Origin: Bacteroidales bacterium
Lineage (GTDB): Bacteria; Bacteroidota; Bacteroidia; Bacteroidales; UBA932
Length of the DNA stretch: 64,000 nt
Direction of reading: 5' to 3'
Assembly (NCBI GenBank): GCA_022508605.1
Contig: JAFLUX010000002.1
Coordinates: 5,230-69,229, forward strand
Position numbers and translations under genes: made by a program. The notes beneath the pieces were generated by a model, which saw only the letters and a program-made list of their open reading frames with translations, made no database searches and was not told the DNA's origin. The stretch's first letter is position 1, and every line of letters begins with the position of its first letter. Below, one piece after another: positions 37,171-46,315 of this stretch.

Positions 37171-38539
37171 ATTCATCCATTTCGTCATTGAGTTCGTCTT
37201 CCGCGCCGTCCTCCGTGATTCCGCTCTCGAATGCGTCGAGTTCGTCAAGCCCGGCCCTCACATTCTCTCCGAATTCCATAATGGGCTGCGCCTCACGCTG
37301 CTCCTTCTCTATGCGGCGCTGGGCGATGCGGCTGAAAGAGAGGATGATGCCGAATGCGAGGCTGAAACACAGGAAAGCGCTGTTGCCGTGGCTTATCAGC
37401 GGGAGGGTCTGTCCCGTCATGGGACCTATGTCGGCATTCACGAACATGTGCAGGAATGCCTGTCCCGTAATCAGGAGGCACAGTCCGGCCACGGTGAGTT
37501 TGGCGTACAGGTCCTTGCCGCAGTTGCGCGCTATGATGGAGCCCCTGGCCATCAGGGACACGTAGAGAAATATCACTATCAGGCTGCCCCACAGCCCGTA
37601 TTCTTCAATGATGAAGCTGTACATGTAGTCTTCGGACATGTCCGGGACCACATAGCGCTGCGTGCTCTGTCCCGGGCCTTTGCCGAGCAGGCCTCCCTCC
37701 TTGATTGCTATCTTGGCGCTGTACGGCTGGCGGATTTTGTCGAGGGCCTTGTAAAATTCTTCCGAGCCGGTCTTGGAGTCTATCACCTGCTGCTCCCAGT
37801 CCTCGCCTTCGGAAATACGGCTCAGGGCAGTGCCTATACGCTTGAATGCCTTGTGGTCAGTGACCTCGTATATGCTCCATGCGCCGGCTATCAACACCAC
37901 GGCGGCGGCCGCCAGTATGGCCATGTCCCTGAAGTTGCCTCCTCCGAGCAGAATCACGATGAACATGATGCCGCCGATGAACAGGGCGGCCGAGTTGCTG
38001 CCCGGAAGTATCATGACGAGGGTAATCAGGAACGGAGCGTATATGTAGAGTATCTTTTTGCCGAGCAGGCTCGACGGGCCTATCAATTCACCTTTTTTCA
38101 GGGCATCCAAGGCCCACGCGAGATAGAGCACCATGGCCACCTTGACCACTTCGAACACATGCACCTGCACGTGGAACACCGTCAGTATACGCCGCGCCCC
38201 GTTGATTTCCACGGACTTGAGGAAAGGCAGGTCTATCTTGATCAGCAGCAGGCCGAGCAGTATGAACGAGAACGGGAAGCCCCACATGGAGAACCAGCGG
38301 AAGAGCTTGATGTTCTTTATGTTGTAGCAGACTATGATGAGCATGAGTCCGGCTGCGACTATGAACAGCTGGCTTTTTACTATATCCACTCTGGTCTGGC
38401 TCCCCTCCAGCAGACGCGAAGTGGAGGAGAAAATGCACACGATGGAGATGAGAATCAACACTAAAGCGATGATCCATACTACCTTGTCTCCTTCGATGCG
38501 GTCGAAGAAATTCCAAACTGTGCGTTTCTTCCCTGACAT
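37160..38539 (-). CDS. ftsW: SEDS family peptidoglycan polymerase FtsW
   Basis: Multi-TM; INGARR, GKGPGQS, DYMYSFIIEEYG, GQTLPLISHG. Confidence 0.93.
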   Translation of the reverse strand: MSGKKRTVWNFFDRIEGDKVVWIIALVLILISIVCIFSSTSRLLEGSQTRVDIVKSQLFIVAAGLMLIIVCYNIKNIKLFRWFSMWGFPFSFILLGLLLIKIDLPFLKSVEINGARRILTVFHVQVHVFEVVKVAMVLYLAWALDALKKGELIGPSSLLGKKILYIYAPFLITLVMILPGSNSAALFIGGIMFIVILLGGGNFRDMAILAAAAVVLIAGAWSIYEVTDHKAFKRIGTALSRISEGEDWEQQVIDSKTGSEEFYKALDKIRQPYSAKIAIKEGGLLGKGPGQSTQRYVVPDMSEDYMYSFIIEEYGLWGSLIVIFLYVSLMARGSIIARNCGKDLYAKLTVAGLCLLITGQAFLHMFVNADIGPMTGQTLPLISHGNSAFLCFSLAFGIILSFSRIAQRRIEKEQREAQPIMEFGENVRAGLDELDAFESGITEDGAEDELNDEMDEYGI

Positions 38540-38546
38540 ATTCCTC

Positions 38547-39890
38547 TTACAATTGTCTTACAGCGTTCTTGAACTGCCTGCCCCTGTCCTCGTAGTTTTC
38601 AAACAGGTCGAAACTGGCGCAGCACGGGCTGAGCAGCACCACGTCTCCGGGAGAGGCGAGCGAATACGACAGCTTTACCGCATCTTCCGCGCTGGACGTC
38701 TCGAAGACCCTGTCTTTTCCGACTATGCCGTCGAAGGCCTCGTGCAGTTTTGAATTGTCTTTTCCCAGGCACACTATGGCCTTGACCTTGCTGCTGACAA
38801 GCTCGTTCAGCACGCTGTAGTCGTTGCCCTTGTCCTTGCCCCCGGCTATCCACACTACGGGCCTGGTCTGGCATTCGAGGGCATACCACGCCGCATCCAC
38901 GTTGGTGGCCTTGGAGTCGTTGATGAACATAATGTCGCGCAGGCTCAGGACCGGCTCCAGGCGGTGCTCTACGGGAGTGAAGCTCCTGAGAGAATTGCGT
39001 ATGGTCTCGTCGTCTATGCCGGATGCCTTGGCGGCGAGCGCCGCGGCCATGGAGTTGTATACGTTGTGCCGTCCGCCCAAGGCCAGTTCCTGCAGATACA
39101 GTTCGCTCTCGCTCTGTTCGTAGCGTACCACGATGCGGTTCCCGTCGAGCCAGGCACCCTGCTCCAGATTCTTCTTCTCCTGCGAGAACGGGAGCATCTT
39201 GGCCTGAAGCACTATCTTGCTCAGGTGCTCCATGGTGATGGCGTCGTCGGAGTCGAATATGAAGCAGTCCTCCGGACGCATGTTGCGCACGAGCCTGAAT
39301 TTGGCCCGCACATAGTTTTCCATCTTGTGCCCGTAACGGTCGAGATGGTCGGGGGTGATGTTGGTGATGATGGCTATGTCCGGACGGAAATCATAGCTGT
39401 CGTCGAGCTGGAAGCTGCTGATTTCCAGTACATAGTAGTCGTGCTTTTCCGTGGCTACCTGCAGGGCGTAGCTCTTTCCTATGTTGCCCCCCAGCCCCAC
39501 GTTCAGCCCGGCCTCCTTGAGCAGATAGTGTATCATGGAGGTGGTGGTCGTCTTGCCGTTGGAGCCTGTGATGCAGATTTTCTTCGCATCGTCGTAGCGC
39601 GACGCGAACTCTATTTCGGATATGATGCGAATGCCTTTGGAGGCAATCTCGCGCACCATGGGCGCAGTGGAAGGGATGCCGGGGCTTTTCACAACCTCGT
39701 CGGCATCGAGTATGAGAGCCGGACTGTGGCCGCCCTGCTCGAAAGGTATGTCCCATTCGCGCAGCATGTCCGCATAGTCTTCCCGTATCGCTCCGTTGTC
39801 GGAGAGAAAGACATCGAATCCCTTGACTTTAGCGAGCACTGCGGCGCCGACTCCGCTTTCCGCTCCTCCCAATACAACTACTCTTGCCAT
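38547..39890 (-). CDS. murD: UDP-MurNAc-L-Ala-D-Glu ligase
   Basis: ITGSNGKTTTT, LEISSFQLD, PDHLDRY, INDSKATN, LLSPCCASFD. Confidence 0.97.
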   Translation of the reverse strand: MARVVVLGGAESGVGAAVLAKVKGFDVFLSDNGAIREDYADMLREWDIPFEQGGHSPALILDADEVVKSPGIPSTAPMVREIASKGIRIISEIEFASRYDDAKKICITGSNGKTTTTSMIHYLLKEAGLNVGLGGNIGKSYALQVATEKHDYYVLEISSFQLDDSYDFRPDIAIITNITPDHLDRYGHKMENYVRAKFRLVRNMRPEDCFIFDSDDAITMEHLSKIVLQAKMLPFSQEKKNLEQGAWLDGNRIVVRYEQSESELYLQELALGGRHNVYNSMAAALAAKASGIDDETIRNSLRSFTPVEHRLEPVLSLRDIMFINDSKATNVDAAWYALECQTRPVVWIAGGKDKGNDYSVLNELVSSKVKAIVCLGKDNSKLHEAFDGIVGKDRVFETSSAEDAVKLSYSLASPGDVVLLSPCCASFDLFENYEDRGRQFKNAVRQL

Positions 39891-39892
39891 AG

Positions 39893-41050
39893 CTATCTTA
39901 TCTTCATTACGGCCAGTGTCGAAACCGCCAGTATTATTCCCACTATCCAGAAGCGCGTGACTATGCGCGGTTCCGGAATGTTTTTCTTCTGGTAATGATG
40001 GTGCAGGGGAGCCATGAGAAACACCCTGCGCCCCTCTCCGTATTTTCTTTTGGTCTTTTTGAAATAACTCCTCTGTATGATTACGGACAGGCTTTCCATG
40101 AGGAAGATTCCGCAGAGCAGGGGGAGCAGCAGTTCCTTGCGTATGAGCACCGCGCTCACCCCTATTATCCCGCCTATGGTGAGACTTCCGGAATCGCCCA
40201 TGAATACCTGCGCCGGGAACGTGTTGTACCAGAGGAAGCCTATCAGCGCTCCGACGAATGCGGCCATGAATATGGCCACCTCTCCGGCCCCGGGGATGAA
40301 CATGATGTTGAGATATTCTGCATCGAGGGCATCACCGCTCAGCCAGGCCATGACGCCTATCACCACACCCACTATCGCCGAGGTGCCGGATGCGAGTCCG
40401 TCCATGCCGTCGGTGAGGTTGGTGCCGTTGGAGCAGGCCAGTATGACGACGATTATCATCAGCATGTATATACCCCAGGAGCAATACACCCCGGCCTGGC
40501 CCCTGAAAGGTGAGAGCCATGAATAATCGAATTCGTGGGCCTTCACGAACGGTATCGTGGTCACGAGCTTGTCCGTGGGGATGTCCGGGCTGATGCACAC
40601 GGTGAGCGCCACCGCGAGTCCGAGACCGAACTGAAGCAGGAGCTTGCCTTTCTCGCTCAGGCCCTCCTTGTTGTGCCGGAACACCTTTATGTAGTCATCC
40701 ATGAAGCCTATGCCTCCGCACCATACGGTGGTGAGCATGAGCAATATGGTATATATGCTGTCGAGCCGGCATACCATGAGGACGGAGCCGAGGAGAGAGA
40801 TGATGATGATGATTCCCCCCATGGTGGGAGTGCCCTTTTTCTGCATCTGCCCCTCGAGTCCGAGGTCGCGTATGTCTTCTCCTATCTGGTGCTTTTTCAG
40901 CCAGCGTATGATGCGTCCTCCGGCGAAAAACGCTATGAGCATGCTTATGACGACGGCCAGCATCGCCCTGAAAGACAGGTAATGCATGAGTCCGATGCCG
41001 GGGAAATGCAGTCCGAGGCTCTGAAGCCAGTTTACAAGGTGGTACAGCAT
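39893..41050 (-). CDS. mraY: Phospho-MurNAc-pentapeptide transferase
   Basis: KKGTPTMGG, GFMDDYIK, NLTDGMDGL, FMGDSGSL, APLHHHY. Confidence 0.97.
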   Translation of the reverse strand: MLYHLVNWLQSLGLHFPGIGLMHYLSFRAMLAVVISMLIAFFAGGRIIRWLKKHQIGEDIRDLGLEGQMQKKGTPTMGGIIIIISLLGSVLMVCRLDSIYTILLMLTTVWCGGIGFMDDYIKVFRHNKEGLSEKGKLLLQFGLGLAVALTVCISPDIPTDKLVTTIPFVKAHEFDYSWLSPFRGQAGVYCSWGIYMLMIIVVILACSNGTNLTDGMDGLASGTSAIVGVVIGVMAWLSGDALDAEYLNIMFIPGAGEVAIFMAAFVGALIGFLWYNTFPAQVFMGDSGSLTIGGIIGVSAVLIRKELLLPLLCGIFLMESLSVIIQRSYFKKTKRKYGEGRRVFLMAPLHHHYQKKNIPEPRIVTRFWIVGIILAVSTLAVMKIR

Positions 41051-42501
41051 AGGTCGAATACTTCTTTAACTATCTCTTTTTCGTCAAAATGCTTCTTTTC
41101 CGTGCCTATAATCTGATATGTTTCGTGCCCTTTCCCGGCAAGCAGCACGGTGCTTCCGTCGGGTGAGAGCATTATGGCGGTGCGTATCGCCTCCTTCCTG
41201 TCGGCGATGAACACCGATTTCGCAAGCCCTGAGGGGCTGAGGCCTTCGCGTATGTCGGCCATGATGTCTTCCGTCTTCTCGGTGCGGGAGTTGTCCGAGG
41301 TGACGAATATCCTGTCGGCCCATTTCTCCGCTACAGCGGCCATTTCCGGACGCTTGCTGCGGTCGCGGTCGCCGCCGCAGCCGAAAAGGCATACGAGCTG
41401 TTTTTCCGGGGCCGTCTCCCTGAGGGTCCTGAGCACGTTTTCCATGGCGTCCGGAGTATGTGCATAGTCTATCACGACGCAAAGTCCCCTCGGCCCGTGC
41501 ATGGTCTCCAGCCTGCCGGGGGCGGAGCCGAGCGCCGAGAGCGCCAGCAGCACCTCATCCTTGTCTGCTCCGAGTTCCACGGCGGCGCTGTAGACGGCCA
41601 GCAGGTTGCTTGCGTTGTGCGCGCCCGTCAGCCTGGTCCAGACCTCTGCCCCGTCTATGCGGAGGAGCATGCCTTCGAGGCTTTTTTCAAGGATGCGGCA
41701 GCTGTGGTCGGCCGGGCGGGTGCAGGAGAACGACACCTTGCGGGCGGCGCAATTCTGCAGCATGACTTCGGCATGCCTGTCGTCGGCATTGACGAGGGCG
41801 TCCGCCCCCGGGCCGAGACTGTCGAAGAATAGCTTTTTGCAGCGCAGGTATTCCGCGAAGCTCCCGTGGTAGTCGAGGTGGTCGTGGGTGAGGTTGGAGA
41901 AAATCCCCATCCTGAATCCGAGTCCGGCCACCCTCTGCTGTTCTATCCCTATCGAGCTGACCTCCATGAAACAGTATTCGCATCCTGCATCGGCCATTTC
42001 GGCGAGCAGCGAGTTGATGGTGAAAGGGTCCGAGGTGGTGTTCGCCGTCTCCGTGCGTCTGGCCCCCGCATAGTTCGCTATGGTGGAAAGCAGGCCGCAT
42101 TCGTAGCCGAGACTCCTGAACAGACGGTAGAGCAGCGTGACCGTGGTGGTCTTCCCGTTCGTGCCGGTGATGCCCACCAATTTGAGTCTGCCGCTGGGAT
42201 GGCCGTAGAAACTGTCGGCCGCCATGGCGGCTGCCCTGCGGCTGTCCGCGCATACAAGGGTGGCGACGCCTTCCGGCAGTGCGGGCAGTTCGCACGGCTC
42301 CTCGTACATGATTGCGGCGGCGCCCCGCTCGACGGCGGCGCTTATCCATGCCCTGCCGTCATTCCCGCATCCGCTGACCGCTATGAAAAGCGAACCGGGC
42401 ACGACCTTGCGCGAGTCGTTGGTCACGAAACTTATTTCGAGTTCCGTGCAGCCTGCGCTTGAAGTTATGCCGCAGTTTTTTATTATCTCTCTGAGTTTCA
42501 T
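41032..42501 (-). CDS. murE: UDP-MurNAc-tripeptide synthetase
   Basis: ITGTNGKTT, MEVSS, NLTHDHLDYH, DYAHTPDA, SDNSR, GKGHETYQ; start reassigned to MKLREI. Confidence 0.96.
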   Translation of the reverse strand: MKLREIIKNCGITSSAGCTELEISFVTNDSRKVVPGSLFIAVSGCGNDGRAWISAAVERGAAAIMYEEPCELPALPEGVATLVCADSRRAAAMAADSFYGHPSGRLKLVGITGTNGKTTTVTLLYRLFRSLGYECGLLSTIANYAGARRTETANTTSDPFTINSLLAEMADAGCEYCFMEVSSIGIEQQRVAGLGFRMGIFSNLTHDHLDYHGSFAEYLRCKKLFFDSLGPGADALVNADDRHAEVMLQNCAARKVSFSCTRPADHSCRILEKSLEGMLLRIDGAEVWTRLTGAHNASNLLAVYSAAVELGADKDEVLLALSALGSAPGRLETMHGPRGLCVVIDYAHTPDAMENVLRTLRETAPEKQLVCLFGCGGDRDRSKRPEMAAVAEKWADRIFVTSDNSRTEKTEDIMADIREGLSPSGLAKSVFIADRKEAIRTAIMLSPDGSTVLLAGKGHETYQIIGTEKKHFDEKEIVKEVFDLCCTTL

Positions 42502-44378
42502 TTCGCTGCGCTCAATGTGGGTCTGAAACAGGGGTCTATGTTGTAAAGTTCGTTTACGAGGTTCTTTATGCTTCTGGCCGGTATGCCGCCTCCCTGGAAC
42601 TGCTTGGAGGTGGGCTTGCTGAATACGGTGCAGATAACGCTGTAGGCGGGTTCGTCGGCGGGGAAGAACCCGACGAAGGTGCCCTGGTACTTGCGTCTTC
42701 CCAGCTCGTCCCTGTACAGTCCGCTGCTGTATGTTCCGAATGAGGTGCCGGTCTTTCCGGCCACGGCGCACTTGGCATCCTTGAGCCTTCTGGCAGTGCC
42801 CTCCTCGGTAACGGCCTTGAGCGCCCTTGTGAGCGTGTCGGCCACCGCCCTGCTGCATATCGTGGACATGAGCGCCGGTCCGCGCTTTGTCTTCACGGCC
42901 CCGTCGAGTTCTATGTCCTCCACGAGATAGGGTTTCATCATCTTGCCCTTGTTGGCTATGGCGTTGTAGAAGCACAGTATGTGCAGGGGAGTCTCCCTGG
43001 CTCCGTATCCGTATCCCATGACGGCGAGGTCCGTGAGGCTCCAATAGCGGTTCTTGTCCTTGGGCGAGGGGATAGTGGGGGAGGCGAGGCCTGCGAGATC
43101 GAAGTCGAAGGCTTCTCCGAGCTTGTAGCTGTGCAGGTTCTCTATGAAGCGCATGGGCTTTTTGCCGTAGTTGGAAACGGCGAGGGTCCCGAAAACATAG
43201 TTCGAGGAAATCTTGAACCCGTCGATGATAGAAATCGAATTGGTGTGGTGTATCCTTTCGTGATCCGCTATGTGGGCGTCCTGCGGCACTCCCTTTACGC
43301 CCTTTACCACTCCGTGGTTGGTGGGTATGGTCTCATCGAGACTCTTTATGTATCCGTCGGAAAGCACCTGCATCAGGGTGACTGTCTTGAATACGGAACC
43401 CGGCTCTATGGAGCGTCCTATGGCGAGGTTGCTCACCTCCTCGAAGTCGTTCGTCTGCTCGTCGCGGTAGAGGTTGACCATGGCCCTGATTGCTCCGGTG
43501 GAGCTCTCCATGAGGACGAGGCAGGCCCCTTCGAGGTCGGATTCGTCCTTGATCTCGTTGTACAGCGACCTCCAGGCTATGTCCTGATAGTCTATGTTGA
43601 TGGTCGTGCGTATGTCCTTGCCGTCCTCGGGGCGCACCCTGGTGCTGTCGTTGTCGAGCACCCGGCCGTAGTCGGTCACTTTCAGCCATTCCCGTCCCTC
43701 GCGGCCGTGGAGTATGTAGTCGAACTTCCCTTCGAGCCCCACGTGGGTGTTGCCCACTTCGGAGCGGTTGTTTCTCACAAAGCCTATGGTGCGGCGGGCG
43801 AGTTTCCCGTAGGGGTAGATTCGTATGTTCTGCTGCTCCGCTATGAATCCTCCGCGGTAGCGTCCCTCCTTGAAAAGCGGGAAGCGGGAGATGCGGTTGT
43901 AGACGTTGAGGTCTACGGGCTTGCCGAGCTTAAGATACTTCTTGCCGGTTTCGCGCCCGTTTTTTATGAGGTTGTAATACTCGTCCGCGCTTTTTTCGGG
44001 GAACACTTTCGCCAGTTCCACGCTCAGCTCCCTCACCTTTCCGAGCCATTCCTGCTTTTTCTCCGCCCCGTCTTTCTTGTCGGCGGCGAACTCACTGCTG
44101 CGCACCGTGCAGTCTATCGCTATCTGATAGGTAGGGCAGGACATGGCCAAAAGGCGGCCTTCGCAGTCGATGATGTTGCCGCGTACAGGCTCCACCGTCC
44201 TGGCGCGGCTGGACGGGGTAAGGGCCGATTCGATTTTCGGATTCGGCTTGAAGAACACCTGTATTCCCACTATTTTCAGGAAAAGCACTACAGATGCGAA
44301 CAGCAGAAACACATATACTATGTACAGGATGACTCCTATACGGTCCCGGTTCTTCTTTATGTTGCCTGTCGCTTCCAT
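42498..44378 (-). CDS. ftsI: Class B penicillin-binding protein FtsI
   Basis: RGNIID, EPGSVFK (SxxK), SSN, KTGT; no C-terminal PASTA region visible. Confidence 0.93.
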   Translation of the reverse strand: MEATGNIKKNRDRIGVILYIVYVFLLFASVVLFLKIVGIQVFFKPNPKIESALTPSSRARTVEPVRGNIIDCEGRLLAMSCPTYQIAIDCTVRSSEFAADKKDGAEKKQEWLGKVRELSVELAKVFPEKSADEYYNLIKNGRETGKKYLKLGKPVDLNVYNRISRFPLFKEGRYRGGFIAEQQNIRIYPYGKLARRTIGFVRNNRSEVGNTHVGLEGKFDYILHGREGREWLKVTDYGRVLDNDSTRVRPEDGKDIRTTINIDYQDIAWRSLYNEIKDESDLEGACLVLMESSTGAIRAMVNLYRDEQTNDFEEVSNLAIGRSIEPGSVFKTVTLMQVLSDGYIKSLDETIPTNHGVVKGVKGVPQDAHIADHERIHHTNSISIIDGFKISSNYVFGTLAVSNYGKKPMRFIENLHSYKLGEAFDFDLAGLASPTIPSPKDKNRYWSLTDLAVMGYGYGARETPLHILCFYNAIANKGKMMKPYLVEDIELDGAVKTKRGPALMSTICSRAVADTLTRALKAVTEEGTARRLKDAKCAVAGKTGTSFGTYSSGLYRDELGRRKYQGTFVGFFPADEPAYSVICTVFSKPTSKQFQGGGIPARSIKNLVNELYNIDPCFRPTLSAAK

Positions 44379-44383
44379 TTGCC

Positions 44384-44734
44384 TTACTTTGTCAATACCG
44401 TTGCCGGAGCCTCCGGTTCCGTGACCTTCGAACCCATCTGCTTGAGCATGGCGTTCACGGAGGAACGCTTGCTCAGCTTCACGATGTCGAAGGTCTTCTG
44501 CGTGTGTATGATTTCGAGTTCATGCAGGGTGGCCTTGTTGCTCTCCACCTTCGTCATAGTGCTCTCTATCATCAGCGATATCCATATAACCATCGCGATG
44601 AGGAAAAATGTATATATGATATGGACGAAGTAGCGCCCTATGTTCAGGCGCAGCAAAAACTCCCCCTTCATGATGGCCCTCAGACTGTTCCTCAATGCCC
44701 TGCCGAGGTCCTGTATTTTCCAGGTCTTTTCCAT
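44384..44734 (-). CDS. ftsL: FtsL-like cell division protein
   Basis: TM helix plus coiled coil, between rsmH and ftsI. Confidence 0.75.
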   Translation of the reverse strand: MEKTWKIQDLGRALRNSLRAIMKGEFLLRLNIGRYFVHIIYTFFLIAMVIWISLMIESTMTKVESNKATLHELEIIHTQKTFDIVKLSKRSSVNAMLKQMGSKVTEPEAPATVLTK

Positions 44735-44735
44735 G

Positions 44736-45638
44736 TCATATTTTTTCTGCCACGCGCAGCTTTGCGCTGCGGGCGCGTGTGTTGCTGCTTATCTCGGCCT
44801 CGTGCGGCACTGCCGGCTTGCGCAAGGCGGCCCTCATGGGAGCGGCGCTCCTGCCGAATATGTCTTTGTCCTCCTGTCCGTCGACGCTGCCGCTGCGGAT
44901 GAAATTCTTCACCATGCGGTCTTCGAGGGAGTGGTAGGTGATTACGGCGAGCCTGCCTCCTTTGCGGAGGGAGCGTGCCGCACCTTCGAGGAATTTTTCC
45001 AGGGAGCGCATCTCGTCGTTGACTTCTATGCGCAGGGCCTGGTATACCTTGGCCAGATACTTATGCTCCGCGAAAGAAGGCAGGGCTTCCGCTATGGCAT
45101 TGTCGAGGTCGCCGGTGGAGAGGATTCTGGCCTGTGAGCGTGACTTGACGATGAGTTGAGCCAGCTTACGGGCATTTTCCACCTCACCGTAGATTTTGAA
45201 AATCCTTTCCAATTCTTCTTGCGTATAAGAATTGACAATGTCGGCAGCGGTCTTGGCGCCCTGCACATTCATTCGCATGTCGAGGGGAGCGTCGAAGCGG
45301 AAAGAAAAGCCCCTTTCCGCCGTGTCGAACTGGTGGGAACTGACACCGAGGTCGGCGAGTATGCCGTCCAGTCCGTCGGGCGCCTCGATAAGAGCATAGT
45401 TGTGTATAAATCTGAAATTGTTGTGTATCAGTTTGAATCGGCTGTCCTCAAGCGCATTCGCCCCGGCATCGGCATCGCGGTCGAACGCTATGAGGCGGCC
45501 TTTCGGGGAAAGCCGGGAGAGTATTTCGCGGGAGTGTCCTCCTCCGCCGAAAGTTGCATCGGCATAGACCCCGTCCGGATTCAGGACGAGGGCGTCGACG
45601 CTTTGAGTGAGAAGGACCGGCTGGTGGTATTCGCTCAT
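44736..45638 (-). CDS. rsmH: 16S rRNA m4C1402 methyltransferase
   Basis: YHQPVLL, DATFGGGGHS, DLGVSSHQFD, TYHSLEDR, RARSAKLR. Confidence 0.97.
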   Translation of the reverse strand: MSEYHQPVLLTQSVDALVLNPDGVYADATFGGGGHSREILSRLSPKGRLIAFDRDADAGANALEDSRFKLIHNNFRFIHNYALIEAPDGLDGILADLGVSSHQFDTAERGFSFRFDAPLDMRMNVQGAKTAADIVNSYTQEELERIFKIYGEVENARKLAQLIVKSRSQARILSTGDLDNAIAEALPSFAEHKYLAKVYQALRIEVNDEMRSLEKFLEGAARSLRKGGRLAVITYHSLEDRMVKNFIRSGSVDGQEDKDIFGRSAAPMRAALRKPAVPHEAEISSNTRARSAKLRVAEKI

Positions 45639-45650
45639 TGCCTGCTGCTC

Positions 45651-46100
45651 CTACTTTGCGGAGAGGCTTCTGGCAATCGAGATATAACTGTCGTTGCTGA
45701 GACGGGACGACTCAAAAGCGTCTTTCGCCCAAACTTCCAATTTCTGCCCAACGCCGAAAAATACCACATCCTTGGTTATTCCTATTGCGTCAAGAAGTTC
45801 ACGCGAAATGGAGATACGTCCCAGTTTGGAGTCAGGCTCGACCCTGTCGACATCACGCATGTATTCCCTCCAGAACAACACGTGGTCGTGGTTGAAGAAG
45901 TCGAGCTTTTTTCTGATTTCTGCCGATTCCTGGTCCCAGGCTTCGTAGGGATACATCTCCAGGCAGGAATCGTAGATGCTTTTCTTGATTACAAACCTCA
46001 TATCGCCACCCGCCGGCATATCCTTCCTGATGGCGGCAGGGAGCACTATTCTGCCCTTGTCGTCGATCCGTGCAGGATATTTTCCGTAAAAAGTGACCAT
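45651..46100 (-). CDS. mraZ: Division/cell wall cluster regulator MraZ
   Basis: IDDKGRIVLPA and LGRISI..LL duplicated AbrB-like motifs; head of dcw; start MVTFYG. Confidence 0.9.
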   Translation of the reverse strand: MVTFYGKYPARIDDKGRIVLPAAIRKDMPAGGDMRFVIKKSIYDSCLEMYPYEAWDQESAEIRKKLDFFNHDHVLFWREYMRDVDRVEPDSKLGRISISRELLDAIGITKDVVFFGVGQKLEVWAKDAFESSRLSNDSYISIARSLSAK

Positions 46101-46121
46101 AAAAATTCTTATACGCAGTGG

Positions 46122-46174
46122 CAAAGATATAAAAATTTTTCCATTTTGTTCCACCGTTTACCATTTTTTTCCAC
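46122..46174 (-). promoter_or_regulatory. dcw promoter (-7 TATCTTTG at 46122-46129) with four 10-bp-phased (G/A)TGG MraZ-type boxes at 46141-46174
   Basis: Plus strand reads CCATTTTGTT CCACCGTTTA CCATTTTTTT CCACTTTTTT. Confidence 0.8.
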
Positions 46175-46248
46175 TTTTTTCGTACGACCCTGCTTTTCTT
46201 TGAATTTCAAGGCCTGAACGGCCATTCGATTCTTGGGGAAAGCGGCAA

Positions 46249-46296
46249 AAAAAAGAGCATGGCGGAAGGCCCCGGGCCTTTCGCCATGCTCTTTTT
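46249..46296. terminator. Strong terminator downstream of rpoN
   Basis: AAAAAAGAGCATGGCG-GAAGGCC-CCG-GGCCTTT-CGCCATGCTCTTTTT, with A/T tracts on both sides. Confidence 0.9.
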
Positions 46297-46315
46297 GCGT
46301 CGCGACGCAGCGGAT

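Noticed and set aside
31223-46100. murF and ddl missing from the dcw cluster
   Set aside because: This gene order is the usual Bacteroidetes arrangement.
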